A DNA stretch of 64,000 nt from a virus: positions 64,001 to 128,000 of IMG/VR virus record IMGVR_UViG_3300045912_000789, one strand, 5' to 3'. The position numbers and the translations under genes were made by a program. The notes beneath the pieces were generated by a model. That model was not told the origin of the DNA. It saw nothing but the letters and a program-made list of their open reading frames with translations, and ran no database searches. Within the stretch, counting starts at the first letter, position 1, and the number at the start of each line of letters is the position of its first letter. Shown here in pieces: positions 54,518 through 63,904 of the stretch.

Positions 54518-56329
54518 ATGAGCCACGTCAACGATCTGGAGGACTTCGTCAACGATCTCTCCGCCCCGGTGAAGATCGCGGAGACGGACCTCGACAACCT
54601 CAGCCTCCCCGAGCTGGAGGCCCTCATGGGTCTCGATCTCACGGAGGACAACGAGAAGGTCGCGTACCTCAACGCCTGCGTGAAGAGCGCGTACGGCGAC
54701 GACCGGTACGGGTCCTGGCTCGATCAGTTCGCCGGCTCGCCGCTGCACGCGAAGGCCCTCCAGCTCTGCGAGGAGGAGCTGGGTCTGGAGCAGGAGCGGC
54801 TCCAGCGTCGGATCGAGCGGCAGGAGCAGAACCAGGGCGACGACGACATCTGGACGCGGCAGGACATGCTGCGACTCCAGAAGGACATGCTCATGCTGGA
54901 GCTGCACAAGTCGAAGGCCGGTCCCGGAGGCGGCAAGGACCCGACGATGCAGCCCCAGGCCGGCGCGGGGCCCGCGGCCGAGGCGCCCCCGAAGCCGGGC
55001 AAGACCACCCCGCCCAAGGAGGGCAAGACCGCCTCGGACGTCCAGACGGTCGGCCAGATCAACAACGGAGACCCGGCCCAGCCGTCGTGGCCTCGCGCCT
55101 CGCTCGGCGTGGACGCGGCGGGTCGGCGGGCGACCCCCGAGGAGGAAGCCGCCCAGGGGCGCGCCGACACCCACGTGCAGCACCGTGATCCCGTCACGAA
55201 GTCGGCGGGCGCGGCGACGCAGCTCGGCGAGGCCGTGATGAAGCGCATCGATCGCGCGCCGGGCGCCGTCCAGCGCGGGGTCGGGATGCTCCACAACGTC
55301 GGCGCTCGGCTGGGCGCGAAGTCCACCGAGAGCGCGGTCGGGCGCGGCATCATGGCGGCCGGCGGGGCTGCGGCGGGAGCAGGTGCGCTCGGTGCCGGGG
55401 CACTCGCCTCGCGCAAGAAGGAGTCCAGCGATCTCACAACTTCGGAGCGCGAGGACCTCAAGAAGAAGCAGTTCGCGCTGCCGGAGAAGAGGAAGTACCC
55501 GATCCCCGACGAGGCCCATGCCCGCAACGCGCTCGCTCGCGCGGCACAGTTCGCTTCGCCCGAGGAGCAGAAGCGCATCCGGGCGGCCGTCGATCGGAAG
55601 TTCCCCGGCATCCAGCTCACCAGCGCCAGCAAGCCGGCGAAGCCCACGGTCGGTCTGCACCACGTGCCCGACAGCAAGAAGGAGTCCTCGCTCCTCGCGG
55701 CCGTGGGGGGCCACCGCGGCCTCCCTTTCGGCGATGAGGGCAAGATCGCGAGCGTCATGAGCACGCTCGCGATGGATGCCGGGTCGCAGGCGAAGCACCT
55801 CGCGCGCATGGGGTCCTACGCCCGCAACGTGCAGAAGGTCCCGCACGCCGTGGTCGCCGCTCGCAACGCGGAGATGCGTGCGTTCACCCCGAAGGCGCTC
55901 CCGACGGCCGCCGCGGCAGCCACCCACACCCCGCCCCCGGTCGCAGTGACGGTGGCCAAGAAGAAGACCCCCACGCAGGCGATCGACCCGATGGCGCTGT
56001 CGCGTCATCTCGCCCAGACCAACCCCCAGCAGGCCATCCAGGCCGGGCGGCAGTTCGGGGCGCCGGTGGTCGGCAACGCGGCGGTGCTCGATCAGCTCTC
56101 GCAGATGAGTTTCGGCAAGCTCAGCGTGAGCAAGAGCTGGATCACTCGCGTCATCCGGCGGGCGAAGGCCACCAAGCTGCGGGTTCGGGACTCCGCTCAG
56201 AAGCATGAGGCAGCGTGGTGGGATCACCGCGTGAAGGGGACCGAACTCACGGACGCGGCCAAGAAGCGCGGCTTGGCTGCTGACGAGCTAGCCGACAAGT
56301 TCAAGAGCATGAAGGGAGCCATGAGCTGA
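54518..56329 (+). CDS. polyprotein with DUF6582-like domain and glycine-zipper module
   Basis: QFALPEKRKYPIPDEAHARNALAR; KIAE, KVAY, KSAY, KTAS, KSAG, KESS and KIAS separators. Confidence 0.65.
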   Translation: MSHVNDLEDFVNDLSAPVKIAETDLDNLSLPELEALMGLDLTEDNEKVAYLNACVKSAYGDDRYGSWLDQFAGSPLHAKALQLCEEELGLEQERLQRRIERQEQNQGDDDIWTRQDMLRLQKDMLMLELHKSKAGPGGGKDPTMQPQAGAGPAAEAPPKPGKTTPPKEGKTASDVQTVGQINNGDPAQPSWPRASLGVDAAGRRATPEEEAAQGRADTHVQHRDPVTKSAGAATQLGEAVMKRIDRAPGAVQRGVGMLHNVGARLGAKSTESAVGRGIMAAGGAAAGAGALGAGALASRKKESSDLTTSEREDLKKKQFALPEKRKYPIPDEAHARNALARAAQFASPEEQKRIRAAVDRKFPGIQLTSASKPAKPTVGLHHVPDSKKESSLLAAVGGHRGLPFGDEGKIASVMSTLAMDAGSQAKHLARMGSYARNVQKVPHAVVAARNAEMRAFTPKALPTAAAAATHTPPPVAVTVAKKKTPTQAIDPMALSRHLAQTNPQQAIQAGRQFGAPVVGNAAVLDQLSQMSFGKLSVSKSWITRVIRRAKATKLRVRDSAQKHEAAWWDHRVKGTELTDAAKKRGLAADELADKFKSMKGAMS

Positions 56330-57240
56330 TGCTGCCCATCGAACGGCTCCGGGTGCGAAGCCTGGACGTGGACTCGAACGAGGTCACGTGGGGGATCGCA
56401 GGATCTTCCATGGAGGACGCGCTCGACTACACGTTCCAGGTCTTCCGCTCGGAGTCGCCCGAGGGCCCGTTCGAGCCGATCACGCAGACGTTCGAGGACC
56501 GCTACATCTTCGTCGACCGGCGTCTCCCCGCCGGCGACAAGTTCCGCCAGATCTGGTACCGGCTGCGCGTCACGAAGAAGGGTGGCCAGACGCCGGTCTT
56601 CGAGGACTTCGGCCCGGTCTGCCGACAGGCCGAGCCCGATCTCGTCGCGAACTACATCCGCCGCATGGAGCTGACGCTGTTCACGCAGGCGACGGCGCGG
56701 CTCTGCTGGCTGTTCAAGCGGCGGACGTTCGGAGCCCGCTGCCCGTCGTGCTGGGATCCGGTGAGCGGCAAGAAGGCTCGGGCGAACTGCCTGACCTGCT
56801 ACCAGACCGGCTTCCTCCGAGGCTACCTCAACCCCATCGAGGTCTGGATCCAGATCGATCCGGCCGCGAAGGCCCAGCAGAACCAGGGCCAGCAGGCCGC
56901 TCAGCACACCGCGACCACCGCCCGAACGTCGTTCTACCCGAACATCGTGCCGGGCGACGTGATCGTCGAGGCCGAGAACAAGCGCTGGCGCGTCGACAAG
57001 GTCACCCAGTCGGAGCGCCTTCGTACCCCGATCAAGCAGGAGCTGGTGCTCCTTCAGATCAACGACACCGACATCGAGTACAAGCTCCCGATCAACCTGG
57101 ACGAGGCGCTGCGCGACATCCAGCCGTCGCCGCCTCGGATGTTCACGAACCCCACGGACATCCAGTCGTCGATCGACGAGCGTACCCCCGACGTCTTCGC
57201 GAACTACCGCACGTACCCGCGCGGTCCCCTGGAGGAGTGA
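56329..57240 (+). CDS. neck/head-closure protein (putative) with Zn finger
   Basis: FN3-like N-terminus; RCPSCWD...CLTCYQTGFLRGY; PGDVIVE. Confidence 0.5.
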   Translation: MLPIERLRVRSLDVDSNEVTWGIAGSSMEDALDYTFQVFRSESPEGPFEPITQTFEDRYIFVDRRLPAGDKFRQIWYRLRVTKKGGQTPVFEDFGPVCRQAEPDLVANYIRRMELTLFTQATARLCWLFKRRTFGARCPSCWDPVSGKKARANCLTCYQTGFLRGYLNPIEVWIQIDPAAKAQQNQGQQAAQHTATTARTSFYPNIVPGDVIVEAENKRWRVDKVTQSERLRTPIKQELVLLQINDTDIEYKLPINLDEALRDIQPSPPRMFTNPTDIQSSIDERTPDVFANYRTYPRGPLEE

Positions 57241-57830
57241 TGCGATCCGAAGCACCGAGCGAGAAGAGCTACCACCGCGCCATCCACCGGCGCGACGTCG
57301 CCGAGGGCGCGGCCAAGGGCGGGCTCGTCGGGGCGGTCGCCGGGGCCGGCCTGAAGCGCCTGGGCCACAAGGCGGGCCCGCTCGCCGGCGCGGCCCTGGG
57401 AACCCTCGTGGGCGGGGGAGCTGGGCATCTGAAGGGCAGGGAGCGTACGCTTCGGGACACGACCACCCAGGAGCGTCAGCACATGCGCACCGAAGCACGA
57501 ACGAAGAAGAGCAGCGTCGAGGACGCCTTCATGCAGGGCTTCGAGGACGGGATGGCGAAGGAGGCCGTCCTGCCCGCGCTCGCGGCGGTCGGTGCACGCG
57601 TCGCGCCCATGCTCGCGCGGGCGACGCCGATGCTGGCGAACCTCGGGCGCTCGCTCGTGGGCGGCGGCATGCGTGCGGCGAACGCCGTGGGCATGGGCCA
57701 GATGGCGACCGATCTCGTCCGCAAGGGCGTCCGCTCGTCGCCGAACTTCATGCGCAACGCCGGCATCGCCGGCATCGGTGCGGGCGCGGCCGGGCTCGCC
57801 GGCGCCGGGTACATGGCAGGACGAAGCTGA
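57240..57830 (+). CDS. two-module glycine-zipper protein with internal AFMQGFEDGMAKEA leader
   Basis: TGATG coupling; GxxxG segments. Confidence 0.7.
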   Translation: MRSEAPSEKSYHRAIHRRDVAEGAAKGGLVGAVAGAGLKRLGHKAGPLAGAALGTLVGGGAGHLKGRERTLRDTTTQERQHMRTEARTKKSSVEDAFMQGFEDGMAKEAVLPALAAVGARVAPMLARATPMLANLGRSLVGGGMRAANAVGMGQMATDLVRKGVRSSPNFMRNAGIAGIGAGAAGLAGAGYMAGRS

Positions 57831-58387
57831 TGGATCCGGTCTTCGACACGTTCGGGGAGAAGGTCGCGGCGCTCACCCCCATGGTGCGCCCCGGCCTCCT
57901 CGAACGTTCGCAGTTCAAGCTGATGCGGACCCGGGCGCCGAGCGCGCCCCGGGCTCCGATGCCCGGCACCTTCGGGATCTCGACGAAGACCGCCGTCGGG
58001 GTCGACGACATCAGCACTGTCGTCCACGAGGATCCACTGCCCTCGACGCACAAGGGCCTCGCTCGGAAGAAGACGGCCATGGTCCACCCGTCGATGCAGG
58101 CGCCGTCCGAGACGATGACCCGCGAGAAGTGGAAGCAGACGTTCAAGGACGTCCCGATCTCCATCCTCGCCGGCGGCGTGGGCTACGGCATCGGCCGGAC
58201 GCTCGCCGAGGTGATCGGCGAGAAGACCGTCGGCAAGATCATGGTCGAGGGTGGTGGCACGCTGAACGCCACGATGCGACCTGGGTGGGTGAAGGCCATG
58301 CCGTTCGTGACGGCAGCCCTCACTGCCGGCGGCGCGTACGCCGGCAGCCGGCTCCGCGAGGGGCTGAAGAAGCGGAGGGAGGGGTGA
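57830..58387 (+). CDS. protein with MDPVFDTFGEKVA leader and two hydrophobic segments
   Basis: TGATG coupling; KVAA, KTAV, KTAM. Confidence 0.7.
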   Translation: MDPVFDTFGEKVAALTPMVRPGLLERSQFKLMRTRAPSAPRAPMPGTFGISTKTAVGVDDISTVVHEDPLPSTHKGLARKKTAMVHPSMQAPSETMTREKWKQTFKDVPISILAGGVGYGIGRTLAEVIGEKTVGKIMVEGGGTLNATMRPGWVKAMPFVTAALTAGGAYAGSRLREGLKKRREG

Positions 58388-59208
58388 GCGCGACGACCCC
58401 CACGACTCCCGAAGGACCGCTCGTCGGACGAGGCGTCTTCGCTCCGTCTTTCGAGGTCGTGCGCCATGTGATCTCGTTCCTGAAGTGGCGCTTCTCGAAG
58501 TTGCCGCAGGGTGCCTACCGCTACGATGCCGACGCGGAGGGGCCCGAGCAGAAGAACAGCGAGATCTACATCGGCGCGGACACACCGTACCGTCCGGAGT
58601 CGATGGGCAAGCGCCCCGCGATCACGGTGCTGCGCTCGCAGCTCGTGGGGGCCGGCGTCGGACTGGGCGACCTCGCTTTCGTGGATCTCGCGACCGGGGC
58701 CAAGGTCCGCATGGACATGTACCCCACGAACATCATGATCAACGTGCTCAGCACGGAGCCGGTCGAGGCCGAGGGGATCGCCTGGTTCATCCTCCGCGAG
58801 ATCTCGGCGTTCCGCGACGAGATCTGCAAGGAGTCGAAGGGCCTGATCCTCTACATGGGGACCAGGCCGATGGTGTCCCCGCCGTCGCCGGCGGGATCGC
58901 TCGTCGACTCCCCCGAGGTGGAATGGACGGCCGTCGTGCTGTCCTACCCCTGCTACATCCAGGAGCAGGTCACGATGCTGCCGCTCAACCGGCCGATCGT
59001 GCAGGGAATCGACGTCACCGCAACCACCAGCCCTCCGGCCGCTCCCGTCGAGCCGGCGGTTCAACTACAGGGGACGGCGGTACTTCAGCCGCCCCAGACG
59101 GGCTCGGACCGCGCTGCTGCAACGGGTGCTGGCGCGGATCTTCCACAGACGGGCCAAGACGAGGCACAATACAGCGAGCCTCTGACGGTCAAGATCCAGA
59201 CCCGCTAA
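58384..59208 (+). CDS. tail terminator/completion protein (putative)
   Basis: KRPAITVLR motif; directly upstream of the sheath; GTGA coupling. Confidence 0.5.
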   Translation: MSATTPTTPEGPLVGRGVFAPSFEVVRHVISFLKWRFSKLPQGAYRYDADAEGPEQKNSEIYIGADTPYRPESMGKRPAITVLRSQLVGAGVGLGDLAFVDLATGAKVRMDMYPTNIMINVLSTEPVEAEGIAWFILREISAFRDEICKESKGLILYMGTRPMVSPPSPAGSLVDSPEVEWTAVVLSYPCYIQEQVTMLPLNRPIVQGIDVTATTSPPAAPVEPAVQLQGTAVLQPPQTGSDRAAATGAGADLPQTGQDEAQYSEPLTVKIQTR

Positions 59209-59220
59209 GGAGAACAGCAC

Positions 59221-62200
59221 ATGGCCAGCCCCACCATCGAGAGGCCCAGCGTCCAGGTCATCCAGGAGTTCCGGACCGTCAGCCCGACCATCCTCGTCCC
59301 CACGATGCCCGCGTGCGTCATGGGTCCGTGCGTCCAGGTCGTGGAGGCGGTGCAGGACGACGGGAGCCTGAACCCCGAGGCCCGCATCGCGCTCCCCGCG
59401 CGCATCCCCTTCGCCTTCGTGTCGTCGCCGTTCGAGTACGCGGCCATCGGCACCGACGCGCTGGAGGTCAGCGTCAACAACGCCGCGGCGGAGCAGGTCG
59501 TGTTCCCGACCGGCCCGAACCTCACGGTCGATCAGGTCGCCGACGCGATCAACGAGGAGGCCATCCCCGGCCTCCTCGCGGTGGTGGAGACGAGCGGCAC
59601 GCAGAAGCGCGTCGTCATCTACACGACCGTGACCGGCGAGAACGCCTCGCTGGAGATCGGCGCGGGCACCCACGCCGACGTCATCGCGGCCTTCGGGATC
59701 ACCCGTGGGTACCGGAACGTCGGTGCGTCCGGCTACAACAACTACTGGGCGCTACGCCTGGGCAAGCCGGACTACCCCGATCCGCGCGACATCATCGACG
59801 AGGTCACGATCGACTTCGACACCGTCCGCCTGTTCATCAACGACGGGTCGGGCACGGTGCGCGAGGCGCTGCGCACCGAGTCGTTCCTCGACGGCGCGAC
59901 GGCGGCGGTGACCGTCCAGGACGACGGCGACGGGGACAACCTCTCGCCGTACCTGAACTTCGCCGGCGCGGTCTTCCACGACAAGCCGGCGCAGCTCGTC
60001 GGCACGGTCGACTGGACGACCCTCACCTACCCCGGCGACTTCGGCGTGCTCACGCTGGAGATCATCATCAACGGCGTGACCGTGGTGGTGACCTTCGCCA
60101 ACCCGGCCGACGCCACCGCGGCGGCGCTGGCCATCAACACCGCGCTCGGCGTCAACGGCACCTGCGTGCTGAACGGCTCGAACCAGCCGGTCATCACGTC
60201 GGCGATCACCGGCGCCGGTTCGTCGGTCGAGATCGGCGCCGCCGGCACCATCAACGAGGCGACCATCGGCCTGGCGGTGGGCTCGTACGCGGCGGGCCGC
60301 CCGAGCCGTGCCCGTGCGCAGGGCATCACCGACCTCACGGCGGTGGTCTACGCGTCGGACGTGCAGGGCCGCGTGCTCCGCATGAGCGTCGACGGCGAGC
60401 AGTTCCAGCAGCTCGTGATGCCGGTGACCGTCGTCTCCGCGGCGACGCTCGTCTCGGCGATCAACGCGCTCTGGGGCAACATCGCGAGCCTCAACGGCGC
60501 GAACCGGCTTGTGCTCCGCAGCCTGGCCACCTTCGGTGGTCGGGAGTCGGAGATCCGGGTCGACAAGACCGCGTCGGACGCCACGCTCCTCACGGCCATC
60601 GGCCTCACCGGCGTCAGCGCGCCGTTCCAGACCGTGAGCGTCGTCTACGGCAACGCTTTCTCGCCGCTCGTCGGCGACGAGGTGTGGGTCAACGGCGTGC
60701 GCGTCGGCGAGATCACGGAGGTGCCGGCGACCCCGGACAACCGCCTCCGCCTCAGCGCCGAGCAGCTCCTGACCTACACCGGGTCGTCCTGGATGATCGT
60801 GGCGAAGGGCCTCGACAACAGCGCGGCCACGGCGACGCGGCCCTCCAGCGATCTCCGGGTCGACGTGACCTCGGGGGCGGTGCGGACGAAGCACAACCTC
60901 TTCCGCGAGTCGAACGGCACGCCGACGAACGTCGGGCCGCTCGCGACGTACCTGGCGTACAACGCGCTCCGCAAGGACGTGTCGCCCGCCGGCACGGACT
61001 TCAACCTCCTCCGCTTCGGCACCACGACCGATCTGGAGGCCGCGCTCGCACCGCTCGACACGCAGAACCCGCTCGGGCTCGGGATGTACTTCGCCCTCCT
61101 CAACGCCCCCGGCGTCGAGGTGACGGGCCTGGGCGTCGACGAGACCAGCGACACCGAGCCCGAGGGCTCGCTGGCGAGCTACGTGCGCGCCTTCGAGTAC
61201 CTGGAGTCGAAGGACGTCTACGGCATCGCGCCGCTCACGCACGCGAACGCCGTGGGCCAGGTCGGCCAGGTGCACGTCGACGAGCTGTCCAAGCCGGAGA
61301 ACGGCCTGGAGCGCATCGTCATCCTCAACCCCTCGCGCCCGACGCGGAAGGCGGACACCCTCGTGGCCTCGGCCGCGACGGCGAACGTCGCCGGCCCGCC
61401 GACGAACGTCGTGAACACCGGCATCGCCGATCTCCAGGCGAAGCTGGCGGCGCTCGGCAAGCCCGGGCCCACCTACGTCGAGGCGGACGGCGTCTACCTC
61501 AAGTTCGAGGACGACGAGAACCTCTACCTCATCGAGTCGGTGAGCGGTCCGAACGCGACCGTCAACGACGGCCCGCTGAGCGCGAGCAACACGCTGTTCA
61601 AGGACGGCGGGGGCTCGCCCCTCTTCACCACGGCGATCGTCGATCGCCCGGTGTCGGTCTTCATCCTCGGCGGCAGCCTCGGCAGCCGCACGGACGAGGC
61701 CGACGCCTATGCCGCCATCGCCCGCGGCTACCTCGACCGCCGCGTCATCTGCACGGCGCCCGACACCGCGAAGGCGTCGATCGACGGGCTGGAGACCCAG
61801 CTCGCCGGCTACTACCTCGCGGCGGCGCTCGCCGGCAAGATGTCGGCGGTCTCGCCGAGCCAGCCGCTCACGAACGAGACGCTCGCGGGCTTCACCGGGG
61901 TCATCGGGTCGCAGGACCGCTACTCCGAGATGCAGCTCAAGATCCTCTCGGGCGGTGGGCTCTGGGTCTTCTACCAGGAGGCCGACGGGCAGCCGGTGAA
62001 GACCCGCCACCAGCTCACGACCGACATGACGTCGATCGAGAAGCGAGAGACCAGCATCACGCGGGCGCTCGACTTCACGGCGAAGTTCATCCGGGCGGGG
62101 CTCAAGAACTTCATCGGGCGCTTCAACATCACCCAGAACGTCCAGGACGCGATCTCGATCGTCATCGACGGCCTCGCCGCGTTCCTGATCCGTCAGGGCG

Positions 62201-62325
62201 TGCTGAAGAGCTTCGAGGTCAACGCCATCCGGCAGTCGGCCTCCGCGCCCGACACGCTGGAGATCGACGTCACCGTCGGGGTGCTCTACCCGCTCAACTA
62301 CATCAAGATCACCCTGGTGATCTGA
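59221..62325 (+). CDS. tail sheath protein (1034 aa, with inserted domains)
   Basis: N-terminal RPSVQVIQE...ACVMGP; C-terminal RHQLTTD...RETSI...DF...FIGRFN...YPLNYIKITL. Confidence 0.88.
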   Translation: MASPTIERPSVQVIQEFRTVSPTILVPTMPACVMGPCVQVVEAVQDDGSLNPEARIALPARIPFAFVSSPFEYAAIGTDALEVSVNNAAAEQVVFPTGPNLTVDQVADAINEEAIPGLLAVVETSGTQKRVVIYTTVTGENASLEIGAGTHADVIAAFGITRGYRNVGASGYNNYWALRLGKPDYPDPRDIIDEVTIDFDTVRLFINDGSGTVREALRTESFLDGATAAVTVQDDGDGDNLSPYLNFAGAVFHDKPAQLVGTVDWTTLTYPGDFGVLTLEIIINGVTVVVTFANPADATAAALAINTALGVNGTCVLNGSNQPVITSAITGAGSSVEIGAAGTINEATIGLAVGSYAAGRPSRARAQGITDLTAVVYASDVQGRVLRMSVDGEQFQQLVMPVTVVSAATLVSAINALWGNIASLNGANRLVLRSLATFGGRESEIRVDKTASDATLLTAIGLTGVSAPFQTVSVVYGNAFSPLVGDEVWVNGVRVGEITEVPATPDNRLRLSAEQLLTYTGSSWMIVAKGLDNSAATATRPSSDLRVDVTSGAVRTKHNLFRESNGTPTNVGPLATYLAYNALRKDVSPAGTDFNLLRFGTTTDLEAALAPLDTQNPLGLGMYFALLNAPGVEVTGLGVDETSDTEPEGSLASYVRAFEYLESKDVYGIAPLTHANAVGQVGQVHVDELSKPENGLERIVILNPSRPTRKADTLVASAATANVAGPPTNVVNTGIADLQAKLAALGKPGPTYVEADGVYLKFEDDENLYLIESVSGPNATVNDGPLSASNTLFKDGGGSPLFTTAIVDRPVSVFILGGSLGSRTDEADAYAAIARGYLDRRVICTAPDTAKASIDGLETQLAGYYLAAALAGKMSAVSPSQPLTNETLAGFTGVIGSQDRYSEMQLKILSGGGLWVFYQEADGQPVKTRHQLTTDMTSIEKRETSITRALDFTAKFIRAGLKNFIGRFNITQNVQDAISIVIDGLAAFLIRQGVLKSFEVNAIRQSASAPDTLEIDVTVGVLYPLNYIKITLVI

Positions 62326-62333
62326 GGTACGCC

Positions 62334-62633
62334 ATGCCCGAGTTCCGCTACGACAACGTCGCGCGCGCCTTCGACGAGGAGCTGGAGAAGGAGATGCTCC
62401 AGCACTCGTCAGAGAAGGCGGCGAAGCACCAGCCGGAGCCCGAGTCGGGCATCCAGCGCATCGCCAAGGGCAAGACCCCGCTCGACGAGGTCAAGGCCAT
62501 CATCGACGCCTCGCGCTCCAAGAGCGCCGCGCAAGAGGTCGCGGAGCATCGGGTTCGCGGGAAGCTCGCCGCTCTCCGCGACGGGCCGCGGGAGCAGGTC
62601 GAGCAGTTCATCAACCTCGCGAAGAACGGCTGA
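62334..62633 (+). CDS. small protein with AFDEELEK leader and KxA sites
   Basis: GAGG RBS; 99 aa between sheath and tube. Confidence 0.65.
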   Translation: MPEFRYDNVARAFDEELEKEMLQHSSEKAAKHQPEPESGIQRIAKGKTPLDEVKAIIDASRSKSAAQEVAEHRVRGKLAALRDGPREQVEQFINLAKNG

Positions 62634-62658
62634 CAGGTAGCCGGAACAGGAGATCAGC

Positions 62659-63366
62659 ATGGCCAGCTACGACAACTGGAAGCCGTACGAGGGCTACGTC
62701 CAGAGCGGGGGCGAAGGCCCCGGGATGGTGGACGGGCAGTTCCTCAGCGGCGCGTTCATGGGCATCTTCGCCGGTCCGCCGCGTCTCGCGTCGGTCGGCG
62801 GCGCGCTCACGCTCGGGGCGGCGCTCTCCTCGCCGGCGACGGCGAGCCAGATCGTCTACCCGGTCGGCATCACGCAGAACATGAACCTCAGCCACAACCG
62901 GCAGTTCAGCCGGATCTTCGAGCTGGGGTCGGAGCGCAGCTACTTCATCTCGGGCCGCACCATCGGTCAGCTCGGGCTGTCGCGCGTGCTCTACCACGGG
63001 CCGAGCATCCTCCGGACGCTCTACGCCTACTACCAGGACCTCGTGCCGAACACGCTGGTGCCGAGCGTGTTCCCGAACGTCGGCGCCGGCGCGATGCCGA
63101 ACCCGCACGACGTCGTGATCCCGCCGGGCTACGAGAACTTCTACGCCAACCTGGCGTCGGACCTGTTCTCGCAGCCGATCGGTCTGCTCGTGGTGCTCAA
63201 GGACTCGAACCTCGACACCTACGGCGCGTTCTACCTGGAGTCCTGCTACATCCCGAACCACACGTTCGCGACGGATGCGCAGGGCGTGATCATCCAGGAG
63301 TCGGTCGCGGTGCAGTTCGAGCTGCTGATCCCCATCGCGACGCGGAGCATCGAGCTGATCACCTGA
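62659..63366 (+). CDS. tail tube protein (putative)
   Basis: VGITQN...RIFELGSERSYFISG...YLESC...IIQESVAVQFE; follows the sheath. Confidence 0.75.
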   Translation: MASYDNWKPYEGYVQSGGEGPGMVDGQFLSGAFMGIFAGPPRLASVGGALTLGAALSSPATASQIVYPVGITQNMNLSHNRQFSRIFELGSERSYFISGRTIGQLGLSRVLYHGPSILRTLYAYYQDLVPNTLVPSVFPNVGAGAMPNPHDVVIPPGYENFYANLASDLFSQPIGLLVVLKDSNLDTYGAFYLESCYIPNHTFATDAQGVIIQESVAVQFELLIPIATRSIELIT

Positions 63367-63387
63367 ACGGGTGCAAGAGAACGAACC

Positions 63388-63419
63388 AGAGCCCCGGGCG
63401 CTTCGGCACCCGGGGCTCT
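63388..63419. terminator. bidirectional hairpin with C(UUCG)G loop
   Basis: agagccccggg...cttcgg...cccggggctct between convergent genes. Confidence 0.65.
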
Positions 63420-63468
63420 CGTCGTTCTAGGGGCATGACCACCCCTTACGAGGTGGGCCTGCCCGTCG

Positions 63469-63879
63469 TCAGGACTCCAGCTCGGCGATCCGCTTCTTCA
63501 GCTCCCGCTCCGACAGCTCGGAGAGCTTGCCGTCCTGCTTCTCGGCGAGGATCTGGAGGAGCTTCTCCTTCTCCTTCTTGTTCTCCGCGCGCCGCTTCGC
63601 GTCGGCCTCGTCGGCGAGCTTGACCTCGATGACGCGCTTGACGGTCTCCAGCGCCATCTCCAGCCGGACGTGGGCCGGGGTCTTGGCCGTCGACACGAAG
63701 CTCTCCTCGGTCGCGTCCTTGAACGCCTTGTTGGCGCTCTTCGCGATCGCGTCGAGGTTGAAGCTGTCGTTCGAGCGCAGCGGGACATCCCAGAGCTGTT
63801 CGACGTTCAGCTCTCCCTTCGCCGAGGCGAAGCGGAGCTTGTTGCGGGTGGCGTACTCGAAGAGGTTGATGTTGCTCAC
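63469..63879 (-). CDS. conserved-looking phage hypothetical protein (136 aa)
   Basis: FEYATRNKLRF...KGELNVEQLWDVPL; AAGGAG RBS; coiled-coil C-terminus. Confidence 0.75.
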   Translation of the reverse strand: MSNINLFEYATRNKLRFASAKGELNVEQLWDVPLRSNDSFNLDAIAKSANKAFKDATEESFVSTAKTPAHVRLEMALETVKRVIEVKLADEADAKRRAENKKEKEKLLQILAEKQDGKLSELSERELKKRIAELES

Positions 63880-63904
63880 GATCTGTCTCCTTGTGTGTTG
63901 ATGA

